From the human T2T-CHM13v2.0 reference genome, Homo sapiens: a stretch of DNA of 64,000 nucleotides. Every line of letters starts with the position of its first letter. The stretch's first letter is position 1. Shown here piece after piece: positions 45,088 through 59,552 of the stretch. The notes beneath the pieces were generated by a model, which saw only the letters and a program-made list of their open reading frames with translations, had not been told where the DNA came from and ran no database searches. Location: NCBI RefSeq assembly GCF_009914755.1, contig NC_060945.1; one strand, given 5' to 3'. Both the position numbers and the translations under genes were made by a program.

Positions 45088-46605
45088 AAATAGAATTTAT
45101 TTTTTTAGAACACTTTAAGTTTCACAGCAAAACTGGGTGGAAAATACAGATAATTCCTATATAAGACTTGCTCCTTCACATTCACAAACTTCATCATCTA
45201 CATTCAGCACAACAGGAGTGAATTTGTTACTGTTGATCAACCTACATTAACACATCATTATCATACATAGTCCATCATTTACACTAGTGTTTACTCTTGG
45301 TGTTGCATAGTCAATGTTTTTTTTTCATCAAATGTATAATGATGAGTATGCACCGCTGTAGAACCATACAGAGTAGTTGCACTGTCCTAAAATCCTCTCT
45401 GCTCTGCCTGTTCACGGCTCCTCTTTTCCCCTGAAACCACTGAGTTTCTTACTGTCTCCACAGTTTTTCCTTTTCTAGATTGTCATATCATTTGAATCAT
45501 ACAGCATGTAGCCTTTTCTGATTGCGTTATTTCACTTAGTAATTTGCATTAAAGATTCCTCCATATCTCTGCATGGCTTGTTAGCTCGTTTCTTTTTAGT
45601 GCTGAAAAATAATCCATTGTCTGGGTGTGCCAGTTTATTTGTAGCAGTTTGTTCAGCTACCAAAGGAATCTTAGTTGCCTCCAAGTTTCAACAATTATGA
45701 AAAAGTGTTCATAAATGTCCCTATGGAGGTTTATGTGTGAGCATAGTTTTTAACTCATTTGAGTAAATACTAAGTAGAGCTATTGCTAGATTGTATTGGT
45801 AAGATTGTGTCTAATTTTGTAAACTGCCAAATTATACAAATTATTCTCCAAACTTTCTATAGCATTTTTCATTTCCACCAGCAATGAATGAGAGTTCCTA
45901 TTACTCTGCATCCTCATCAGCATTTGGTATTGTGTTCTGGATTTTGGCCATTCTAATAGGCATAAAATGATATCTGATGGTTGTTTTACTTTGCCATACT
46001 CTAATGATATATGATGTTGAAGATCTTTTCATATTCTTATTTTCCATCATATTCCTTCTTTGATGAGACATCTATTTGGGTCTTTTGTCCATTTATTAAC
46101 ATCTTTGTTCCTGTTCTTGTTAAGTTTTAAAAGTTGCTTGTAGATTTTTGGAAAACAGTCGTTTATCAGATGAGTCTTTTGCAAATATTTTTTCCAGTCT
46201 GTGGCTGGTCTTTTCATTTTCTTAACATTTCATTTCCTGAGCAGTTTTGATTTTAATTAAGTTCAGATTGTCAGTGATTTATTTTACAGATTGTGCCTCT
46301 AATATTATATCTAAAAAGTCATTCCCATACCCCAGCTCATCTAGATTTTCTCTTATGTTATATTTCAGAAGTTTTACATTTTTGGTTTTACATTTAGATC
46401 TATGTTCCATTTTGAGCTCATTTTTGTGAAGCGTTTCCAGATTATTATGTTTTTCATGTGGATGCCCAGTTGTGCCAGCACCACTTGTTGAAAAGATTAT
46501 TTTTTCTTCATTGAATTATCTTTGCTCCTTTATCAAAGATGAGTTGACTATGTTTATGTGGGTCAGTTTATAGATTAATATTCTGTTCTATTGATGTAGT
46601 TGCCT
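45088..46605 (-). mobile_element. L1MC1/2-like fragment
   Basis: ttcacagcaaaactg..aatttgttac..aacctacattaacacatcattatca 3'UTR followed by antisense ORF2. Confidence 0.82.
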
Positions 46606-46849
46606 AATAAAAAAAAGAGCCATCACAATATGGCACAATTTAGCCTTTACTTATGGGCACAGTTTGTGTTTTTGCAGAATGGACTCTCCATAGCAAAACT
46701 TAAAGCGTTTTTTTTTTCTTTTGGCGGGTTGTTTTTGAGTTATTAAGTGTAGATATGGTGTGTTCATTAATAATGAACTAAATGACTCTCAGGTTTCCCC
46801 GCCTCCTTGGGAATTGACACTTTTTGTGTAAACAATTTAAAAATGAACT

Positions 46850-47050
46850 GGGACAGGTGCAGTGGCTCATGCCTGTAATCCCAGCACTTTGAGAGGCCAA
46901 GGTGGGAGGATTGCGTTAGTACAGAAGTTCGAGACTATCCAGGGCAAGAGTGTGTGAGACTTCATCTCCTCCAAAAATAAAAACACTATACTCCAGGAAA
47001 AAAAAAAAAAAGAAAAGAAAAAGGAAAAGAAAAAGAGAAAAAGAAAAAAA
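46850..47050 (+). mobile_element. AluJ/FLAM-like with most of the right arm missing
   Basis: Left monomer, A-rich linker, cactatactccagg remnant, A/AAAAG tail. Confidence 0.85.
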
Positions 47051-47054
47051 ATAT

Positions 47055-47177
47055 GAATGGCAAAAGACCCAGAGTAGCCAACTTATTACTGAAGGAGAGC
47101 AAAGTTCTACTAGAATTTAAGACTTACTGTAAAACCACAATATTTAAGACAATGTGGAATTAGTAAAAGAATAGGCT
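47055..47177 (+). mobile_element. L1 ORF2 fragment (inverted continuation of the 45088-46605 element)
   Basis: caaaagacccagagtagcc..aagacttactgtaaaaccacaata..aagacaatgtgg..aagaatagg. Confidence 0.7.
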
Positions 47178-47889
47178 ATCTGTCCATGGCCATAAATAGA
47201 GGCTAAATTGTGCCACAGTGTAATGGCTCTTTTTTTATTAAAATTTCTTCGATATTATAGCAAGGATGTTGCAAAGGATAAATAATGCTAAATTTTAATT
47301 TCTTTTTTTAATACTTCAAATTAGTAGTGGCAATATTTATTCAATTCAAATTATCTTTGCTTCTCAAGCTATAAATATATATTCAAGATAACCTTGTACT
47401 GAAGAGGTAACTCAAGTAACTTATACTTTTTCCACTTTACAAGTCCCCTTTCTTGGTTATAACTATTTTTAGGAGCTATTTTATTTGAGGACTTCATAAA
47501 AGTAATGTTTCTGTGAATGACTAATGAGAAATTAAAATGCTGGATACTCATGCTCTTTTATCACTATGACTCATGTAGTTAATAAAAACTGTCTTATTTT
47601 ATTTTATTGCAAACATAATGCCATCCACACAGTACTTAAGTCAATATGATTTCAATGACATCTCAAAAAAATAAAAGTCAAAGGAAACAAATATACCATA
47701 AAATACTTCTCAGAGTTTCTCATAAGTGAAAATAGAACTTCATCAATAATTGAATCAATCTTTGTTATTAAATTCAACTAAAGAATCTGTTGCATACTCC
47801 TAACTATAGCTCTTTAATAAACAATAATTTTCAATGCTTTTAGAATTGCTGAGATATCTTTTTTCCATGGTTGTTTAAAATTCACTTGG

Positions 47890-48070
47890 TTTAATAGTTG
47901 TTTAGCTCTTATAATATGCCAGGTACAGTTCTAAATTCTTTACAAGTACTGTCTAATCACTTAAAATAAATTCAATTTTTATATAAATGAGAAAAATAAG
48001 AACAAAATCAATTAAGTAACTTATCTACATAGTAGATCCAGGTTTCAATATCTTGATAGTCTACCTCTGA
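47890..48070 (-). mobile_element. MIR
   Basis: atgccaggtacagttctaa..ataaatgagaaaa..ttaagtaactt. Confidence 0.55.
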
Positions 48071-48501
48071 CTTAAAGGAGAAATCTTTTATTTGTATACC
48101 TAAGTAAGCAACACCCCCATTGTGAACAGACTAGCCCATCTATTTGTATGCAAACTAAATCATTTCCAGTGACTTCATTTATCATAAGTTACTATGGTCT
48201 CAATAAAGTTTCCTAACTCTAATCACAGTATCTAGAAGACACTTACAATATTGTCTTACATAATTTCATTACCCTCTATTAGATATCTCTTCTTTGATTC
48301 TCTCTAAGGCTATGTGAATTTGGTGCTTTTATTTAGCTTTGATCCATATTGTTCAATGGCCCTTCTTCACCATGGGGTAATATGAATAGGATAAATGTAT
48401 CCACGAATAGGAAAAAAATATATTGTCTTTATTCCTCTAGATGTTGCCCCTAATTTGGTGTATCACAGCAATACCCAAAGATTAAGATGCAAAGTCTAGG
48501 G

Positions 48502-48749
48502 CAGGAGTGTCCAATCTTTTGGCTTCCATGGGCCACATTGAAGTAGAATTGTCTTAGGCCACACATAAAATACACTAACATTCCTAATGATAGCTGATGA
48601 GCTAAAAAAAAAAAAAAAAAAAATTGTGAAAAAAATTGCAAAAAAAACACCTCATAATGTTTTAAGAAAGTTCAAGAATTTGTGTAGGGTCACATTCAAA
48701 GCCATCCCGGGCTACATGTAGCCTGTGAACCACAGGTTGGACAGGCTTG
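48502..48749 (+). mobile_element. MER30 (hAT-Charlie non-autonomous DNA transposon)
   Basis: TIRs caggagtgtccaa/ttggacaggcttg; perfect 8-bp TSD GTCTAGGG (48494-501, 48750-57). Confidence 0.95.
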
Positions 48750-48959
48750 GTCTAGGGTCAGGAATGCAACCCTCCTGGGGTAACTGCATATTTGCTGCTT
48801 CACCTCCTGAGGTCTATAACCTCCACTGCCCAAATACTATAAAACAGCAATTCCACTTACCTTTTATTTCTTATCTCTATTTTCCTGTTTCACATTTTTT
48901 CTCCATAGATCTTATCAAGAAGTAACATATTACATATATTTCATTGTTTATTTCCATTG

Positions 48960-49405
48960 TTCTATGAGTTAATCTAGCTTCTCTGAGATGCAGACAAGAT
49001 GAAATTACTCATGCAAGAGACCTGCCGGGGACAATGTCTTGGAGGGATAACAGAAGGGAACTGGGGGAGTCTGAAAAGTTGTCAGACCTTGATGCCAGTT
49101 GGCCCTGGGCAAAGGATAAAAAGAACAAAGTAAAGGATGAAGCAACTTAGCCTGCTATATAGACCTAAGAGACTTGACAAGGCTATTGTAAAGTTCTTGC
49201 ATCAAAATGTCCCATCAAAGAAGAACCATATCACCCTCCTGAATGAGATCACCTTTAACACCCTTGCCTTATTCAATCGTTGGCACAGAGAAACAACAGA
49301 AAGCATTCCCTTGGCACAAATGACTAATTTTAGAGCATAATATCTGTAATTGGCAGTTAATTACATCCCTCACAAATGGAGATCTGACAGGCATGCATCA
49401 ATTCT
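48960..49405 (-). mobile_element. Old ERVL LTR (LTR40-like)
   Basis: gcagacaagatg..tgcaagaga..gggataa..tcagaccttgatgc; family uncertain. Confidence 0.4.
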
Positions 49406-49409
49406 GTCT

Positions 49410-49517
49410 CTACCTATTGAAGTACAGGGGCTTCTTTATTCATTGAACTATGCTAAACACCTACAAGAGTACATGGATCACAGTAATAATCAACAAATGT
49501 ATTAGAATAAATGAATT
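49410..49517 (+). mobile_element. L2 3' end
   Basis: cacagtaataatcaacaaatgtattagaataaatgaat. Confidence 0.55.
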
Positions 49518-51807
49518 GTCTCTGGCAAAAAAAGATGTTTGTATTTTCTCTAATGTCTTCTTGGAAATTAGTCTTCTTCCAAGAGCTACTGGTCATCTGG
49601 AATTATAGACTACCTTGGGGGATGTCTGAATCTTCTTGAAAACTTCACAATAGGGCAAGAAAAATTTTTTTAAAGGAGCTATTTGACCAGAAACCAGAGA
49701 AGTGTCCTTGCAGAACACAAATTATCCCTAACACCAGTCACTGAAAAGTAATTACACGGGGTTTCAATGGCAACTGAAACAAGATGAGTGCTGATGAGTT
49801 TCAGAATGGAATGTGAGCAATCTAGAGTTCAGAATCCTTGTGGTGTCTATGTTCTACCTCATTAAACATAGCCAGAGTTTCAAACAGTTGTATTATCAAA
49901 GTGCAATGTGCTCTATTATTTAAGAATATACAATTCTGCTAAAGATGATGAAAAATAGTAGAATGGGTAAAAATCATAGGATGTATTAAGCATACAGAGT
50001 GAGCAAGCAAATAGCTTATGAGACAAAGGAAGAATCCATAAAATTGTTACGAATAAAATATAAGTTAGCAAAGTATAATATAAAGTAAAAGATAAATAGA
50101 ATAAATGGTGTAGATAAAGGCAAAAGCAAGAGTTCTATTATGGATAGAAAGGGATGGAAGGAACCAGTAAATCTAAAATATTAATAAGCACAAATCATAC
50201 CCCCTTCAGTTTGACAGTGAAATTATCCCTAAATCACTCACCCATTGGTGACATTTATTATGATCCAATGTGGAACTCCTGTGTGCTCTACTGCAGAAAT
50301 GTGGTTAATAAGCATGGCTGCTCTGCAAATCACAGGCAAGGTATATTTACTGAACAGGCATACTGGCTGCACATCCTTCCAATAGAGCTAGTATACTTGG
50401 CTCCAGGCATCCTCTTTGTGCTGAATCCCCTTGCTCAAATCTCACCTTTGATTCTCATAACCACATTATCAACAGAGAAGGATGTTGTGGCAGAGAGAGA
50501 GTAAGAGACACAGGACATATGAATATTGTGTAACTCAGGGTACATTGTGGTCATTCCACCCAACATGTGCCCTATTCTAACTGTGTTAACCTATCCCATT
50601 TCTTTGCTATTGATTTATATTATTCTTTAAATTGATTCAGTAGACAATGTAATTCAAAATCTTAAGGAGATGTGTGTGACTTTCAACTCCAGGAGCTCCG
50701 TGATAGCTTGCCTCATATTTTCCTGAAGATTACCATTGCAAAATGGTGATTTTCCACCTGACACAACTTGTTCTCATTCAAAAAATTTCTCTGTAAAGTA
50801 TTACAGGTAACAGAATAACTGGAGCCAGAATTCCTCTTAGTAAGGAAACTTATGTTAGAGGAAAATAGTTGCTTAGAATAGAATGTTTAATGTAGAATCT
50901 CGTTAAATGTGGGCTTCTCTATGGCAGTTAATGGAAAGAGCTGGACACATAAGAGATGCAGCAAATTCTTTGAAAGAAAAAACCAATTCAGTAAAGAAAA
51001 TGTGATACTTACTTTAAGGGATTTCTACAGAACTATAAAGACCTAATCCTACCCAACCCAGAAGAATTAAATCTTAGGGAAGCAAAATGATGTTCATTGG
51101 AAATGGAATATAGATTCAAACTTAACTAGAGTTTAGTGACACAAAACCTTGAAGTGCTTTCAGGATTACATAAATTTCTGGTTAAAATTTAAATCTTTCA
51201 TCTGATGGAGTAGCTCATTAACTTCCAGGGAGAAGGGAAAATTATATGAAGTAGCTTACAAGATAGAGGTTCTTGGCCCAGCAAAGGTTGATAACAGTGG
51301 AGAGTGTGCTAAAGTTTTGCAGAGTTATTGATTTCCTCAGCAGACAGGTGAACTGAGTTGGGCCTATGTGACCCAGAGCTCTTTGTTCTGGCAACTCAGG
51401 CTATGAGCAACCTTTGACACATCAATTTTTGTCACGGATTATTATGTTTTCTGTGTGAGCCATGATATGAAATTGCTGGGAATCAATAATTTATGATAAT
51501 ACATTGAAAGTATCCTGAGCAATGGGGAATCCACGTGGAGTAAAGCACCAGGCTGTGGGGAATCCTCAGAGGTCATCATATTTCTTTACAACGTCCCCAA
51601 AGTGATAACTGGCAATATTTCACTTACAGTTGATAATAACTTTTAGAGGTGGATACTATTATATTGCTTATTTTATAGATGGACTAACAGAGGTCATTCA
51701 AAGACCTCTGCTGAATAACCTTTCATCTTTATAGAGGCAGCCAAACCACAATTTTTACAGGGGTAAAATGCACCCAGACAAAGGATTAGATTTTCTGAGA
51801 ATCAGTT

Positions 51808-52960
<1,153 letters not shown>

Positions 52961-54499
52961 AGTTTTTTGCATTTTAAATAAACCAAGTCACTTGCCCAAG
53001 TTAATTAGTAAAAAGCAAGGATTTGCACTCCAGTGGTCTGTCTTCAGGACCTTCAGTTTAATTACAGCATACTGCCCTGGAGGCAAAAGTGCACTTGTCA
53101 TGAATGTGAAATATTATAATGCTTTTTAAAACATCAAAAATAAAATCTATCATAATGGTAGAATTTTAAAGATATAGAGGATATAAAATATTTTATCATG
53201 GAGAAACTCTGCAGCAATTAGACTCTCTGCCACCTGCTCTTGCCATCGTCATCATCAGTCACAGAAGTAAATCTTTAATACCTGTGAAAATTTATATTAG
53301 ACTAAATATTTTTGTTATTCTATCCCATGGGTATTCAGTAAAATTGTTTTACATATTGATTTAATATTATATGTATGTAAAATCTTATAATTTATTGAAA
53401 GAAATGGTATATATTGGGGTCAAGTTTGTCCTGTTTTTTTATGGATTCAAATTCATTAAATATAGTACAGTCATATAAACAAAAAATCCTGGTTGTAAAA
53501 CCAAATTCTAAAATGAGAAACTTTTTTACGGCCCTAGGTTACAAATAATTAAGGAAACATCCAATTCGGTATAAGTGAAAAATTCATTCTTTCTGATTTT
53601 CTGTGCACTTGCACATTTGTAACTCGCTAGTTTCATTTGCAGCAGAGATATTGAAAACACATTTCAAGAGCTCCTACTGATTTGAGAAATTTATTGTACC
53701 TTAAGGGCTGTCAGAAGAAATTTGCAAATTACTACTCCAAATTATTTCAACAAGAAAACATACTGATATGTTCAGGTAATGGAAAGGGGAAAAAAGATTA
53801 ACGTAAGTGTCATAAGAAAGCTATTGTGCTGCATAAATCACAGGTAGTCAAATATGTTGTGTAAAAAGGATGCTGTGCTAAAATGCAAGAAAGAATATAT
53901 ATTATACTTTGTTTCTCATTCAACTCAGAGTACTCCTTTGATTTCGATGTTAAAATACACACTTCCACATTTTTCCATACCAAGAGTAGGGATTTAAGCC
54001 ATTTCTTTCTTCCTTAAAATACTATTTGGTGAATCAAAACCTGTTGGCTTCCATCTACGAACATATAGATATATTTCGATATACATGAAAAAATTTAGTT
54101 GAAATATTTGAAGATTCAGCAAACCCAGACAAATCAATTAAAGTAGGCATCATGTTTAATCACTAATAGTGGGATTAAATTTAGTTGTATTTTAAAGAAA
54201 TGGATCCTGTGACTAATGCTTTCTTTATAAATTTTATTGAAACAATATACTTAATTTAACCATCAATATAGTCACAGATATAATGTACTCTTCAATACAA
54301 ACAATGGAGAAAAGCATTTTTAAAGTATTTTAAAAGCTGGGATCTATTAATGGAGGAACATTGCTTTTTTAGGGAAACACCCGATAGCCTATCAAAGTGT
54401 GGAAAAAAATTGGACCTAGGCAATATGTGAATGGAAACAGCAAGCACAGAGTATTTTCTTCAGAGCTGAACTGCTTTGTTTAGGAAAATGGAAGCTTTC

Positions 54500-55339
<840 letters not shown>

Positions 55340-55922
55340 CTATTTAGTTTATTTTTCAAAAGAATTTTTTTAGGGGAAATCACACTGGTAGTGGAGGTAA
55401 TTTGTTTTTGCAGAAAGAAGTGATAATGTTGTGGGAGGATAAAAATAGTGGATTGAAAATGATTGTAGAGCATCAAAACACCCAATTTTATGTTATATTT
55501 TCTGTTGTGTTGTAATTAAAATTTTCATTATCTGTGACTTCAGTAAAGCTTCTACAGAACAAAACCTTATCACCTTATTTACTGTATGGTGCAAGATGAA
55601 GTATGTGCTTATTAACCCTCTATGTAGTTTTAAAGAATGTGAGGAAAGTGACTGAGCTCCATATGCAAATAGAAGCAAGGAGCAAGACATCAGTGAAATT
55701 GGACAGAAAGAAAAAACACAGATTTTGGGATGATTTAAACAGCTTAGAGCTATCCTCCAACCATCACTATGACTACCAAGTCTTTCAGGGATTAGCAGGG
55801 ATGCGGTGCTATAATCTGGAATAAAACAATACTAAACATCAAATAATATTTGAGTCATGTAAATTTCAAAGGTTGTATTGTTGATACAGAAACACCTGCT
55901 AGTGGAAATATTGTCAAAACTT

Positions 55923-55970
55923 TGTGTGTGTGTGTGTGTGCGCATGTGGTGTGTGTCTATGTGTGTGTGT
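55923..55970. repeat. Imperfect (TG)n
   Basis: Seen directly. Confidence 0.85.
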
Positions 55971-57418
55971 AACAAAACAACATTGAACTTTGGCAAATAG
56001 ACTTGCTTAATCCAAAAAATATATTTTAAGAAAATAATACACTGCATTAACCTTGCACATGTAAAGTGATTGTCTGCATTCCTTAATTTTTCCCAAGCAT
56101 TGTTTTCCATAAATGCAAATAAAACACTAAATCATTTTTTCCAATTGAGAATGGTAATGAAAGGATATAATATGTTTTATTATTCTAATATATTTAAATT
56201 AGGTATTTTGTTTTGGTAGTGCCTGACATCATATGTGTACCAATTTAAACGAATTATGTAGTAAGATCTTAGTGCGGCAGATAAGCTAGATAATTAAATG
56301 ATCTATTCATCTGTTTATAGGTTTATCTGTCTGAAACACAAAACTAACTCGAGAAGAGTTTCAGTAGTGGTCGTGAGATAATATTTGCACTAGATGAAAG
56401 TTGCTCACATCTTGTTCTCAGTGCAATCCTTAAGCAAAAGAATTCTGGCAAGAAAATATCCATTAAATAAACAATCTGTGTTTTTAAAATTTAATTACAA
56501 TGACAACAAAAAGCATACTTTTAGAAATAAGTCCAAAATATATGATTCCTAATTTAATGTAATTAATACTATTGTTACAATACATAAAATAAATATATTG
56601 AATACATTTTAAAGGCAGAACTAAAGGGCACATAGAAGCACACTTTCATTTCTAAAAAAAATCTTTAATAACATTGTGTAATAAAGCTTATTATTCTTGA
56701 GGAAATATATTTTGGTCTTGGGGTAGGGTTTTGTTTCTAGGAACTAATGCATATTTTACTTGAGACAATTTTTGCCAGTTTTAACTGAAATTTAAGATTA
56801 CTTCCTATCCCCAAATTGTTAGTTTGCATTAACAAGCTTCCATAGACAAGGCACACTGATTAAAAAAAAAAAAAGCTGGTGATATTTAGCCTGTAGCTTA
56901 CTAAAATTATCAAGCTTATAAAAGATATGTCACTATGTTAATTAGTTAGAATAATACAGAGCAAATTACTGTAAACACACTATCAGATGGTATTATGAAT
57001 AAGTGTTCTTGAAAGTCACTTTTATATGTAGAATTACAGAAATGACCTGCGGAGTAGGGGAGATCTAGATGGGCCATAGATAAGTTTTATAGTGATTGTA
57101 TAAGGAGCGTGATGTAAATTCCACATGAATAGAATATTATGATAAAGAAAACAGTTAAGAGTTTTGCAGCATGGGAGAAATGAGATTTGGGTCCAGTTTT
57201 GGCCTAGCAACTAACAAGATATATGTATACTCAGCAAATTAATTAAACTTTTTGAACTTTAGTATCTTTACTTTTATGCAATCTGTTTGATCTTCTAATA
57301 ACTGTATATAAGAAAAGTCACATTTCCTTATTTATCCAAATAAAATTATAATAAAATTTGAGTCTCTCTTACCTACCAGTTTGGTCAAACATCTAAAATA
57401 TCTACTCTTAGGTGTTTT

Positions 57419-57777
<359 letters not shown>

Positions 57778-59263
57778 TGATAGATATAATTTCTTCTTCT
57801 ATCCTTATTGATACACCATACCAGTTAAGTTATTTAAACCCTTAAGGCTTAGTAATATGATCTGCAAAATGAAGATTATAATAGCTATCTCCTGGGTTTT
57901 TTGAGACTTCTAATATGAAAAGTGAAAATGAACTGATTATTGTAGTATCTATTTTATGGCAAATGTCCAATTTAGTTTAATTAAATTTTTGAAGAGTAAG
58001 GTTTTTATGATATCATTTCAATAGGAATAGAGAATAGTTCTAATTTATTCTTAACTTGAAGTTTTGAAAAAAAAATCACTTAAAGTCCTCTTTAAGATAA
58101 TTATTCCCTTTGTTAAGGAGATTGGTTTTATTTTAATATAAAATACAATATTGGATCCTTCATTTTCTTTCGAAAGCCAAAAAAATAGTTGTGCTAACAT
58201 TACCTCAAATACATTTCTTTGTCTATAGATTATTCAAATGTGGAATATCTTTGTCAATCCAAAAAAAAAGATATTAAATAGATTGTTCTGCTTTACATTT
58301 TATTGTTTTCAATATTGTTTTAGTTAAATGGCCTTTGACTTGTGCTCATAAAACTTTTTAAAGCAAGACATTTATTTTTTGTTGATTTGCTGTCATAAAC
58401 CAAAAGTTTGACGAAGCTGCTAAAAGATTTATATAGTATATAGTTAAAGCATTCTAGAAAGACTCACAGAAACACAAAGATCTCCTTTGATAAGAGAAAC
58501 AATAAAATTACTCCATTCCGCATTCTATCACCCTTTCCGGGTCTTGTTCAAGGTAGTTCTGGTCATTGACTCACGAATTGAGTGGTTTTAGATAAAGCTG
58601 TCCTTGGTCATAAACTCTCTCAAAAAGTAATAAAGGGGGGATTTCTCTTATAGGGCATAGTGTATCTTATTTTGAGATGAAATGATGTGCAATGACCACT
58701 GACAGTCTTTTGAGTTGTGTTAAAAAAGAATAACAAAAGGCAGCTGGTTGAGGAAAAGGATAAGAATATATTAGAAAAGGATAAGTATATATTGGAAGAG
58801 AGATCCAGAGGAAAGCAGAAAACTGCACACTTCATTGCTGCAGAACACACAAAAAAGTATAGGAGCTGATGAAGAATCAGAGAGCATATGTAGGTGTGGA
58901 TGTTTAAAAAAATAGCAGTAGAGTCTTTGACACTCCTCCTGGTTAGTGTTAGGGTATATGCTTCCTCCCATTGAATCTGGGCAGACTTTTAACTGCTGTG
59001 ACTGTAATCGAGTATGGCAGAAGTGATACTAAGGCATGTCTGATGTTTTCATAGGCTGTGACAGTTGCACAGACTTTCTGTGATTTTGATGATTTTGACA
59101 TTTAAGAAGTACTGGTCAGGCAGCTTTAGAATGTCCCTCACTTGTGACCTGTCTCATATTTTTGTCATGATCAGATTAGTGTTACGGAATTTTAGGCAGA
59201 AAACCATGGAGGTAAAGTGCCATTCTCATCATGGATATTGAGGATGCACAAATATATTATTAG

Positions 59264-59552
<289 letters not shown>

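Larger units (their letters stand above)
46605..47240. repeat. 55-bp inverted repeat pair (46605-46659 / 47187-47240)
   Basis: 6 substitutions and 1 gap between arms by hand alignment. Confidence 0.9.
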
